Below, in pieces: positions 52,486 through 64,000 of a DNA stretch of 64,000 nt. A program made the translations under genes and the position numbers. Every line of letters starts with the position of its first letter. Within the stretch, counting starts at the first letter, position 1. This stretch comes from Octopus sinensis. Taxonomy: Eukaryota. The stretch covers positions 102,734,001 to 102,798,000 of the forward strand of contig NC_043002.1 in NCBI RefSeq assembly GCF_006345805.1. The letters are read 5' to 3'. Under the pieces are notes generated by a model. That model did not search any database. It saw nothing but the letters and a program-made list of their open reading frames with translations, and was not told the DNA's origin.

Positions 52486-54740
52486 CTATTTAAAAGCCAG
52501 ATAAGTGTAACGCCGCCAATGGGGGCATCGAAAAGCCGACTGTAAAAGCCGTTTACCATCCGGCCTCTGGCAAAAAAATATGGAAGAGTTTGGAGACACA
52601 AAGGTTGCACTGTCTTCTGCCCCTATCAAATGGGAGGGCCACCGACAAAATTGACCATTCCAGCCTATAGCTTAAGTTCGTATCCTTCAGTCGCCATATT
52701 AGCTTACTGAGTCCCGTGGTCTGGCGCTTGTTCATGTCCCGAAAAGTTGCGTAATGGTTGGAGACACGCAAAGACAATCTTGAGGATGATGCCCCTACAT
52801 AAGTGAAGACATCTGAGTCCGTGCAAACCTTGCATTGGTAGACGGCGTTATTGATCTTGGAGTTCGCCGACGTGAATCTTATTCTGCTAGGATTAGTTTC
52901 TGAAATTAGAACTGCGTTCCTGTCACTATATTCGTTCCGAGACCTGCAGCCGCTTACTACTCTATTTTCCACTACGTCACTATTAACTATAGGAATAACC
53001 CCTGATTCTCCACTATCTATCAGAGTGCTGACATTGCTACTGCCCGTGGTGCTGCTATTGCGGGAAATGATGCTGGGGATGCTATTGGGGCTCTCTACCC
53101 TACTCCCATTGTTACCGTCAACCACAACACCCCTATTTATAATATACCCCTAGTGGGTACTCCCTGGCTGGAGCTGAGATTATGTGTCACTGTACTGGCT
53201 CTCATATCATTATTACTACTATAATTATTCCTACTGAGCATTAAACCGGGAGCGGAAGAGGCTGTGCCTCCGGAAAAAGGTGATAGGGTCTTAGTAAGTA
53301 GCCTATTATTATGGGAGGCGATTATCTGGGCGAGGTTTTTAGTGTTGGAGAAAGCTATCCTAACTTTATGCGAGTTAACCGTGGAGTAATATTTGGAATT
53401 TCTGGGGAAGTTATTGGCGATGGCTTGTCTAAACATGAGGGGGAGGTTAGTTCTAATCTGCTTACCAAAGGGGATTACAAACCATATATCAGTGTGATGG
53501 GTCGGGACGCCAGCTCTCGCATTCGGGTGGGTGATTCTCGGATGAATAACGGGTCTTGGGTTAGTGTAAGACCTCCCGGACCGATAATTATCCTTGTTCG
53601 CTGAATTAAATGCGGGAGCGACTACCCCAGCATCCGCCGCGCTCCCGTCCTTACTTAAAATGTTAATGTTATTATATACGGCCCTATCCTGATGACCGAA
53701 TGATGGCATCGGAAGGGCTGGATCAATATAAATTACCTTCTGCCTATAACCGGCCTTGGATAGTGCGGCGTTATAAAATTCCGCTTTCTGCATAAAAATA
53801 TCGGCACTGGCGGACAAGCCAGACAATCTTAGAGAGATGTTTTTAACCAAATTGTCTGTTACGGTTTTGGCATGATTTGAGAAGACACTGACATACTTCA
53901 AATTAGTGGAAGGCTTATGGTAAGGGCAGTATGAGTCGCTATTAAGGTTAAGTGTAACGTCTAGGAAATTAGCCTTGGTGAGTTCATTATCAAAAACTAT
54001 ACTCATGCCCATTCTATTAAAAAACCTAGCTAACCTGCTCTTAGTTTTCTGCACTATTCTGTTCGTGGTGTTTTGCAGGTAAAACAGACAATCGTCACGA
54101 TACAGGCCGCCCTCGATCTCCGGGAATTGGTCGGACAATTCGTAGAGAATATATATTCCGACCAAATCGGCTATCTGCGCACTATCCGAACTACCCATAG
54201 GCACATCAAATTCATTGGGAGTATCTTTACGGATCCACAACTTATTATCAAACTTAATAAACGATTTCCTGGCAACTAAAATGATATCTATCTCTTCTCT
54301 GGTGAGGCCAGCCTTGTGTGAGCATGCCAGAGGGCCTTATTTAGCACACTAGGGTTAATCGAGGGGTAGAAGCTGGCGATATCAAACTGAATGAACCTAG
54401 TACGGTTCTTATTGGGGATGGAAGAGAACAACTTCACTACCTGCGAGGAGTTGGCCCAGAGGCTGAGCTTCAGCTTGTTTACTAAACTAGGGATATATTT
54501 ATCTAAAATGTACTTACTGATTATCCCGATATCAGATCTAGCAGGGCATATGAGTCTTAGCGCTGGGTTGGTGTGGAAGTTAGGTTTATGGTCCTTCACT
54601 ATAAATCTGGGTTGCTTGGGGCTAAGCGGCTGAGTTCTCATTTGAATTCGGTGTTTAAATATTATTTCCTTAATTTCCAAGTTTACCTTCCTCAGGGTAC
54701 TCCAATTGGTTTTTCTATAATAACTTTTGATTAATCTACT
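52486..54740 (-). CDS. PLE RT + GIY-YIG polyprotein, interrupted by frameshifts (~54310, ~53135, ~52575)
   Basis: Motifs VKDHKPNF, QFDIASFYPSI, FDVPMGSSDSAQIADLVG, GLYRDD, ANFLDVTL, SNHA, IWFVIPF, AVYQC..YVGASS, TGLSKLIWRLK, CNLC, CPH. Clade call is from remembered motifs. Confidence 0.85.
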
Positions 54741-54767
54741 ACAAGATTATTCATCTTTCTATTTCAC

Positions 54768-54913
<146 letters not shown>

Positions 54914-55318
54914 TTATACACACGCTCGCACAGCCACACACACGCACACTCATATAATATGTCACACACTGACACAAGCACTCATATCATACATACTTAT
55001 ATACTTACATACATATATAGTATTTCTTGTGTTGTGTGTATAGTAAGATGTGCGGATGCCAATGTGCACCACACAAAGGATCAAATAGAGAAGCAATTGA
55101 TTTTTATAAATTAATGCAATGGAATATTTCACAGAAGAATTGTTGTGAGACCGCTACGTTTCACAAGCTAATGGCACATTAAGCAGTCATTGCTGCTGGT
55201 GCAGATAAAAACAATGGTGAAACGTATGTAGGGAATGATTGATATTTTGAGTTCATCAAACTTTGTTCCACATTTACTACACACACACACACACACACAC
55301 ATACACACACACTCATTG

Positions 55319-55360
<42 letters not shown>

Positions 55361-55619
55361 GTATGCCTATCTCTTTAAGTTGTGAAAATAAGGTAGTTTT
55401 ACCCCCAAAATCACCTTTATTTTACCCTGCTAGCATTAAAAAAACAATAAAAAATTTAATGGGCCTCGAAAGACAAATAGGATATGCGACTTGGCATTCA
55501 TATACAGTGTGTAGCAGATTCGGTGAGAAGAATATTTTCCCATTATTGGTTGCATTAGACTCAATGTCGTTCCAATCAATAAGAATACTAAAGAAAATAA
55601 GTTCATGAATATTATCATA

Positions 55620-57400
55620 ATACTTTCGCCTCTCCAGGCTTTCTTAAGTAGCAGAGATTTTATTATTGATTTATAGAAAGGCTCTTGATCTTAGTCTTGA
55701 GATATCTTTTGCCGCATCAATTATTTGTTTCGAGTTTGTAATAGTAGATTTCATTTTTTTTTTGTTTCTTTTTGTTTTTGCCTATATAATTTTGAATCAT
55801 TGCTGCTTTAGAATTTATTGATATTATTTCATTTAACTTCATGTCGATTTTCTTTGCAGGGAACATCTGTTCCCTCTCCTTTCGGTGACAGAAATGTTTT
55901 TGTTGTGCTGTAGTGTATAGCCATTCAGAATGTTAATATACCACCAGGATTTTCCAGCTAGCTTCCTAACCAACAAAATGAAAATATGAAAAGTGTTGTG
56001 CTTTTTTTAATAGATTGTACCGGAAGTTTAAATACTTATTGAACATTGCTCGAAGGATCACCCTTGTATAAAGTAGAGCAATATTATGGTTACGGGATCT
56101 ACTTCTACGTGTCATTGGTGGCTTCCTTTTTATCTCTATGATGCTTTATTTATTCTCTTTCCGAATCAAAGAGCCTTCCTCTATCTATCTCCTTGTTTAC
56201 TTCTGGTAGAATTGTTATTTTTTTCTATTCTCTGTTAATTTTAATCCGTAAATGGTTTGAGAATATTTTCCGACATCAATTTCTCCATCGCCTTCTCAAG
56301 ACGAGTTGATACTGCTGAGAAAGGGAATTCGATAATGTGTGCCACTGGTATAGGGTTTTTGGTTTCTATCCACCCCACCCCCAAATCTGTTACTTTCTTA
56401 CCAGTCCTTGATGAGATATCCCTCAACTGGCTGCAATAGCTACTACATAGAGAACATCTGAATTTTCTGCTTTTTGTCTCCATTCTCATTCTCAATTTCT
56501 TTGCACCAAGAAAACCGCACAACTCGAATCTCCAGGTCTTCCCGTACATCTAACCCATCCACGATCTGTTTGCGGAAATTTGGTAAAATCTCTTAAAATG
56601 ACGAAGCTAAATGTAACAGGGGAATCTAAGTAAATATTGCTGGTAAATATATACACTATCACTATTGTACTGCATTGGTTCAGGTATGAAAGAAAAAAAT
56701 CATTCGCGAGTTTACAAAGGCACAAATTTATTTGGAGGATTTGCCCCCCCCAATCAGTCATAGAGACAATGAAAGTGCTTCCAAATGCTGTGTTGCAGTC
56801 GATTGCCAACATCATGATCCACTGCACACCAGAGAATCTTTAAATTACCTTTTGAAGAAATTCAGTACTCTAGCCTATATCCTTTTTCTTTTTGAGGCAG
56901 AATTTCCGCCCATCTTCGCGTCTCTATATGAATAAATTCCTCCCCTGGGTATTTATTTTACACTACGTATTTGACGTAGCTTCTTTCTTTAACTGTTTTT
57001 TCTTTACCAGTCTTCTTTTTCTCCAAATCTTCTTCCACCTATTACGTTGTCAGTCGACTATATAGGTATTGTATTTAAGAATTAGTGTATTTTTTTCCAT
57101 TACTAATCGAGTGGATAAAATTCAGTGCTATTATCAATGGAGAAGTCATCACTTTTTTTTTTCATTCTGTTGCCTTTTGAATTGCATGTGTACGGCATTG
57201 AAGTATTCTTGTTCTCATTCTTCCTATTTCTTGTTTACTGTCTGTAGAAACGTATTTGTTACAGTTCAGGATTTTGGAGGCGTTACCGCTAAAATAAGCC
57301 ATTTTGTCAATTTACAAATGAAGGAAATATTTTCTTCTAAAAGAAAGATTTCCTTTACACAAATCTGGGTGAAATGATGCAAATAATTAAATGGCTCCTT
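55620..57400 (-). mobile_element. Heavily decayed RTE-like LINE RT region
   Basis: Traces NKYPGE, QC....IFT, DFTK and (E/G)VKQGD in the expected order; many disablements. Confidence 0.4.
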
Positions 57401-57564
57401 TTCTTACTGAGTAGTTTCAGATTTCACATTCGATTTGAATCCCACTCGTTAAACACAATAGACACAAAGCAATACTGATAACATCAACAAAACACCATAA
57501 CCGCAATAGCATAAGAAAATAAATAATTCTTCCTAATTGAGGCTAAAGAACACCAATAAATTTA

Positions 57565-57680
57565 TATCGATTACATCAACTCCAGTTCTACGTTTGTGCT
57601 TATTTTAGCGGCCCCAACATAATGAAATGAAAAGTCGACCTCAGTGGCATTTGAACTCAAAACGTAAAGAGCAGTACCCA
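57565..57680 (-). mobile_element. SINE family A partial copy
   Basis: aaagtcgacctcagtggcatttgaactc core. Confidence 0.6.
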
Positions 57681-57708
57681 CAAACAAACACGCACAGACA
57701 CACACACA

Positions 57709-57794
<86 letters not shown>

Positions 57795-58269
57795 CGTAAT
57801 ACTTATGTTTAGATATGACGTATATGGTTGTACGAATATATAAGGTGAAACGGCAAGCTTGACCGGGCGTTGGTGTATATCTGGAAATTGAGTAATTGGA
57901 ATAATAGTTTTGCGGTGTGCACAGGGAAATTTACCTAAGTGATTCAGTGTTTGTCTTCTACAAAAATACTTGCGAAGACCTGTATAAATACATATGTTTG
58001 GATACATAAACGTTTATATTTGCATATAGTTGCATATACAAACGCACGTACATACGCACACACACACATACACACACACACACACATCCATCCTCACACA
58101 CACACACACACACACTCATAGGCACACATGCAGATGAGTAAGTAAAGATTTTTTTGTTTTATAATTAGTACAGCGAAATTTTCCATTCTACTAAAACTAA
58201 TAATTTGTGTCTAACATTTACACAAACATTCCTGGGCCAAAATGAATGTATATATAGATACATTCATAC

Positions 58270-58309
<40 letters not shown>

Positions 58310-58425
58310 TATATATATATATATATGTCAGAGAAAGGCAGAATACCACTTAAATCTGAACACTACTATAGAAATATTCTTTTAAGAAAACTTTTCTTCT
58401 AATTTTCTAAATTTAATTATTTAAT

Positions 58426-58473
58426 CGTTACAGTCGAAAAGGTCTCAAAATGACCGAAACCGGTACTGAAATG
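58426..58473 (+). ncRNA. Minimal hammerhead motif, U3:A8 core with C4 (F4), in a ~190-bp cassette (58327-58518) between (TA)n tracts
   Basis: cgttacag-TCGAAAA-GGTC-tcaaaat-GACC-GAAA-CCGG-TA-ctgaaatg. Stem I 7/8, palindrome ACCGGT, GUA triplet. Confidence 0.65.
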
Positions 58474-58516
58474 TTCACTATAAAATTATTTTAGCATTTT
58501 CTATTTTTACTTGTTT

Positions 58517-58611
<95 letters not shown>

Positions 58612-58651
58612 TGTATATATAAATATACATATATATATGATATATATATAG

Positions 58652-58683
<32 letters not shown>

Positions 58684-58820
58684 TTATATATATATATATA
58701 TATATCAAATGAAATTAAAAACAGAACACAATTAATTTTATTTGATATTTTCTCTTTCACCTCTGTCACTATCTGGATATACAGATGCTTACACTATCAA
58801 GTATTTACAGTACCTTTATA

Positions 58821-58861
<41 letters not shown>

Positions 58862-58884
58862 TATATATTATATATATATATATA

Positions 58885-59799
58885 TTGTTGTTCCCAGTTT
58901 TCAAAAAGGGAGAAGAAAGAAGTAGTTGCAGTGAACTACCGTCCGATCTCACTCACCTCTCATATCATCAAGGTATTTGAGAGGCTGGTGAGATCTCGAA
59001 TAACCCAATTCTGGAAGCAACAGACGGCTGATCTCTAACCAACATGGGTTCCGTAATGGAAGGGACTGCCTAACGCAGCTCCTGCATCACTTTGATGACA
59101 TTTTGAGAGCTTTGGGAGAGGGCTCCAACACCGATGTCATCTACCTTGATTTCAGCAAGGCCTTCGATAGGGTTGATCACAAGATCCTATTGAAAAAACT
59201 ATCCAACATTGGTGTCTCTGGAAAGTTACTGAAATGGATCAAGTGTTTCCTGATAGACAGATCTCAACATGTTGTAGTTGAAGGAGTAAAATCAAGCCCA
59301 GCCAAAGTCAGTAGTGGCGTTCCGAAAGGCACTGTGCTGGGCCCACTTCTTTTCATCATCTACATTAATGACATTAATGACATCATAAAGCATTGCAACA
59401 TAAAAATCTTTGCAGATGATTCCAAGCTCCAGAAGGTCATAAATGAGGCGAGTGACCGGACATGCCTTCAGTAAGATCTACTGGCTGTTATCCAATGGGC
59501 AGAAAGGAACACAATGCTGCTGAACGAGGATAAATTCGAGTTAATCCACTTTGGAAAAGAGAATGCCCTGAAACTCGCATACTCCCTTCCTTCAGGTGAA
59601 ACTCTCGTGGCATCCAACAACATCAGAGACGTGGGAGTAATTGTGGACAACAACATAAGCAGGGCCACTCATATAAACACCAAAGTTGACATGGCCCGCA
59701 GAATGTGTTCCTGGATTCTCAGAACTTTCCAGTCGAGAGATATCCATACCATTATCCTTCTCTTCTCCACTTTTGCCCGACCCCAACTTGAATACTGTT
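58885..59799 (+). mobile_element. CR1-type LINE RT fragment, truncated at both ends
   Basis: Motifs [59 protein letters not shown]; in-frame stops. Confidence 0.9.
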
Positions 59800-59915
59800 G
59801 AGTTAAGGTTTTTGTATGTGCGTATTTTTGTGTTGGGAATGGCCAAAAAGGTACTTCCATGATGTGACTGCTTGCATTGATGTAAGAGCATCCACATAAC
59901 TGTCTGTATATATAT

Positions 59916-59962
<47 letters not shown>

Positions 59963-60007
59963 GATATATATATATATATATATATATATATTACATACAC
60001 ATATATC

Positions 60008-60300
60008 ACGTGACGACAAGACTATCAGATGTTGTTACGAATCGCTGGTCACAATGCGTTCGCATTGTTTTGGCTTTCGAATGACGCCACCCCTCTGGCT
60101 AAGCGAGCAGGCCAACAGACGAAAGAGTGAGGGAAAGAGTGGTGAAAGAGTACAGCAAGGATCCCCCCCACCTGCCGGAGCGTCGTGGAGCTTTTAGGTG
60201 TTTTCGCTCAATAAACACACGCAACGCCCGGTCTGGGAATCGAAATCGTGATCCTACGACCGCGAGTCCGCTGCCCTAACCACTGGGCCATTACGCCTCC
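60008..60300 (-). mobile_element. SINE with family-B head and a different 3' tail
   Basis: 60135-60300 matches the family B 5' half; 60008-60135 does not align with the tails of the other two copies. Confidence 0.75.
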
Positions 60301-60512
60301 ACACATACACACACACACACAACAACACACACACACACAAACCACACACACCACACACACCACACACACACACACACACAACACACACACACACACACAC
60401 ACACAACAGCACATATATATTATATATATATATATTATATATATACATATATATATATATATTATATATATATATATATGAGTTCAGGTGTGTTGAAGAG
60501 CATATTCTATTT

Positions 60513-61306
60513 TGTCTGGGGAGAGTCATTCTCTTTTAGTGCCTTATTATTTAACACACTCACCGGTAAAATTTTCACATATTTCTTATTGTTATTTTCT
60601 AAAATTTTCGTTGCGTCTTGCAAACTTTTCAATAGCCTTGACTCTGTCCGTTAGTTACACTGCATTCCCTTTTGTTTCTTTGTGCGCATGTGTGGGGGTC
60701 AGTGTGTGTGTGTGTGCCTATACATGCATGCATGTACGTATCTATGTGTACGTATGTTTGCATGTGTATGTATGTATATATGTATGTGTATGCATATGTA
60801 TGTATCTATGTATGTGTGTGCATCTGTATGTACGCATCCTGCATATTTATGTGCTCACCTGTCCGTGCTTGTTTATTTTCTGTCTGTGTGTAAGCCTGTG
60901 TTTGTATATGTATGCACCTCTGTCTCCTTGTGAGTGCGTGTCTGTGTGTGTGTGTGTATGTTGTGTAACTATGTACCATGTTTGTATGTATGGATGTGCA
61001 TCTTTATACGTGTGGATCCGTGTCTTCATATGTGTCTGTTCATATAGTCTATATACCTATCCGCCTGTATATTGATCTGTTTATTTACATATCTAAATGC
61101 TTACATACTGTAGTAAAAAAAAATTAAAATAAAAAATATAAAAATTAAAATAGATATTAAAAAATAACAAAAAAAAATTGTTTTTTGTGTTTTTGTTATT
61201 TTTATATTTTTTATATATTTTATATTTTTATATTTTAATTTTTAATTTTTTTATTGTGAGTGTGTTAAATAATAAGGCACTAAAAGAGAATGACTCTCCC
61301 CAGACA
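60513..61306 (-). mobile_element. Family F1 element bounded by perfect 51-bp inverted repeats
   Basis: 60513-60563 is the exact reverse complement of 61256-61306. HHR-like motif at 60599-60635 (-). Confidence 0.8.
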
Positions 61307-61312
61307 CAACAG

Positions 61313-61347
<35 letters not shown>

Positions 61348-61376
61348 CGTACATAGACACACATATATGTATATAT

Positions 61377-61464
<88 letters not shown>

Positions 61465-62689
61465 TATATACATATATACATATATATATTGTAATGTAGA
61501 TCACATTCTAAGAAAATTCTTTAGCCTTTCCAATTCTTTTTACGATTTGACAATGATTTTTGAATTAACACGAAAGATATATTGCTTGTGTTTTATATTT
61601 TAGTAGGTATGTTCATATTGTTTTGTTCACTATTTTAGATTTTTGAATGGATTTGTTTCTTTTCAGAATTGTGAGGATGGAAATAAAAGTACAATAAATG
61701 CGTACGAATATATCTGACGACATTTTTCTCAGCCATAGATATACACTTAAATACAAACATGCATGCACATTACGTTTAATTGTCGCCCAATACCTGTCAT
61801 CACTGAAACAAAAGATCTTAGTCGTATTGTTACTAATCCGCATGAATTCTGCAAAGAGGATCTCTTTTATATATGTATATACATACAAGCATGCTTGTAT
61901 GCATGCTTACATGGATACATGCATGACGTCATACAATGCAAAGCTGCTTGCAAACATATATACACACCTAACCTGCATACATATGATCATTTATGTGTGT
62001 GTATGCAAAGATACTCAGTTCGGCTACGCTACAATCATTCTTTTATTTCATAAAATGTTTGTGTTGCGTCCACAAAACATTAATTTAACATTAATTTAAT
62101 CGTATTTCTAGCAGTTCTCACAACAAGCTATGTCTTTATAACTTTGAACTCAAAGTTATTGGAATTTACAGCAATGCTAAATGAATGTTTAATATCTTTA
62201 TTATTCAATTAATGAGCTAATGATATAATTAATTAACTGATTAATTAATTAAATTGATAATTAGAAATATTTTGATAGTATGCTGATTCAGCTAACGCCG
62301 CATATTGTAAAACAAAATTTTTGTTTTAAATCTCGTTGCTGTGCCGATTGTGCAATAATCTCTATGACGTTTTGTAAAATCTTATTCAGTCTCTGAATGT
62401 GTGAACAGAAGACGGTATCGGCATACAGTCTCTCCCATTAGAAATAAACGAGCAAATATTTTAAAGATGGCTGCCATTGATAATTTGTAATATATATATG
62501 TGAATTTCTAAATCATTCTGAGTTTAATCAATCAAATTCTTTATACATACATACACACGCACACAAATATGCGTAATATAGGTACATATAAAAATACATG
62601 TTTATAAATACCTGTGTGTCTATGGAGCAATATATATATACATACATATATATATATATATATTATATATATATATATATAGATCGCCA

Positions 62690-62895
62690 TGTTGATTCGT
62701 TAGCTACTGCACGCATTTTTTTTCTCTCCTTCTTTCTGTGTTTTTTTTTCTCTCTGTGTATTTTTCTGTTGAAGAGCGTAGGCTCGAAACGTTAAAGACT
62801 TGTTTTATTTATATTTCCTGAGCGCCATACTAATACAATTGTTCGCTTGTTTTCCACCTGCCTTCGTCTTTTGTCTATTTTCATAAAGCTTCCCT
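62690..62895 (+). mobile_element. Short HHR-like cassette (F6), copy 2, between (TA)n tracts
   Basis: tttt-CTGTTGA-A-GAGC-gtag-GCTC-GAAA-CG-TT-aaag at 62761-62798. Confidence 0.65.
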
Positions 62896-62914
62896 ATATA
62901 TATATATATTATAT

Positions 62915-62950
<36 letters not shown>

Positions 62951-63604
62951 CGTACATAGACACACATATATGTATATATACACACCCATTCATACATATA
63001 TAATAGTGATTCAACACAAATGGAAGTAGTTTTCCACTGGTAAAATTACATGAGCGTTTACTAAAGATGTCGACATGCGCACAGGCACTCATGCGCATGT
63101 ATATTTTGTATGTGTGTGTATTTTTGTGTGTTAAAAGGTCTTATGAGATTCTCATGTATAACGTCTGTGCTAATATCAACGAGTTGCATTTTGTAAATCT
63201 CTTTTCTTTCATCGTTTTCTATTGAAGACAAATCAGGTGACACAGCTATAAACTAATATATTTTAGCAGAATCTGTAAATCGAATATGATTTCAATTGTT
63301 CCTTATGAAAGATATACGATTAATCCTACACTCCACATTTATATTGTATGTCTGCCTTTCTTGGACAGAGTCATTTATAGTTATTGCATTTACTATTTAG
63401 AAAAAATATGTATAAACCTCAAAGCAAAAACATTTAATGCGTAGCATTAATGTATACAAAGAAGACTGTATTATCTTAATAAATTCTTTTTTAAAAGGAG
63501 AAATATGGTTTATATTTTTAGCAGGAAGAGCATCCATACTTGAAGACTGGTTACGTGTAAACCGGGCAAGAGGAAGCGTTTTCTAGAAGATGGCCTCATG
63601 AGCC

Positions 63605-63609
63605 AAATC

Positions 63610-63681
<72 letters not shown>

Positions 63682-63711
63682 TATTATTATTGTTGTTGTT
63701 ATTGTTGTTAC

Positions 63712-63775
<64 letters not shown>

Positions 63776-64000
63776 GCTTTTGAACAGCTTTTAATGCTGG
63801 AGAGTACTACAGTGTCAGCTGTTCACTACCAGCGAACTAAGGTAACACCTCTTATTTTTCGAGCACCTTACGGAGAATTCGAACGGTTACAAGCAGTATT
63901 ATTTTCTGCAAGCGTTCCACCCTAACTGCAGCCCCTATTTGTTCCACTTACTTTTCGAGACTTTTGCTTACTGTTCCCAAGCCGCCGACAATTATTGATA
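63605..64000 (-). mobile_element. 3' end of an RLE-type LINE with (AAT)n tail
   Basis: Reads IIVGGLGTVSKSLEK*VEQIGAAVRVERLQKIILLVTVRILRKVLE, then a short 3' UTR and (AAT)n at 63605-63776. Confidence 0.8.

Noticed and set aside
53681-53718. CTGATGA followed by a CCGA/TCGG hairpin
   Set aside because: No GAAA or stem III follows, and it lies antisense within the PLE ORF.
52486-54740. Selenoprotein-type Naiad (in-frame UGA plus SECIS)
   Set aside because: ORF breaks are frameshifts ending in TAG/TAA. I saw no in-frame TGA in the reconstructed frame and no clear SECIS downstream.

Overview
AT-rich eukaryotic, repeat-dominated DNA, most likely an octopus (coleoid cephalopod) intronic/intergenic region. 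This is inferred from recognisable tRNA-derived SINE families and dense (TA)n/(CA)n/(TATC)n/(AAT)n microsatellites. I could not identify any host protein-coding gene; there are only a few well-signalled candidate exons on the + strand. Most listed ORFs are microsatellite read-through. The window holds two young-looking, 5'-truncated Penelope-like elements (PLEs) at 29043-32462 (+, with an inverted duplication) and 51743-54772 (-, Naiad-like), two decayed PLEs, two CR1-type LINEs, several RLE (R4/Dong-type), RTE and L1/Tx1 fragments, mariner and Tc1 relics, a MITE with telomere-like repeats, and many SINEs. The most notable signal is about a dozen minimal type-I hammerhead ribozyme (HHR)-like motifs from at least seven sequence families. 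They sit in PLE tails or in short, often fold-back cassettes, most of them next to (TA)n tracts. Four unrelated families carry the compensatory U3:A8 core instead of the canonical C3:G8. All motif calls were made by eye; activity and novelty are untested.
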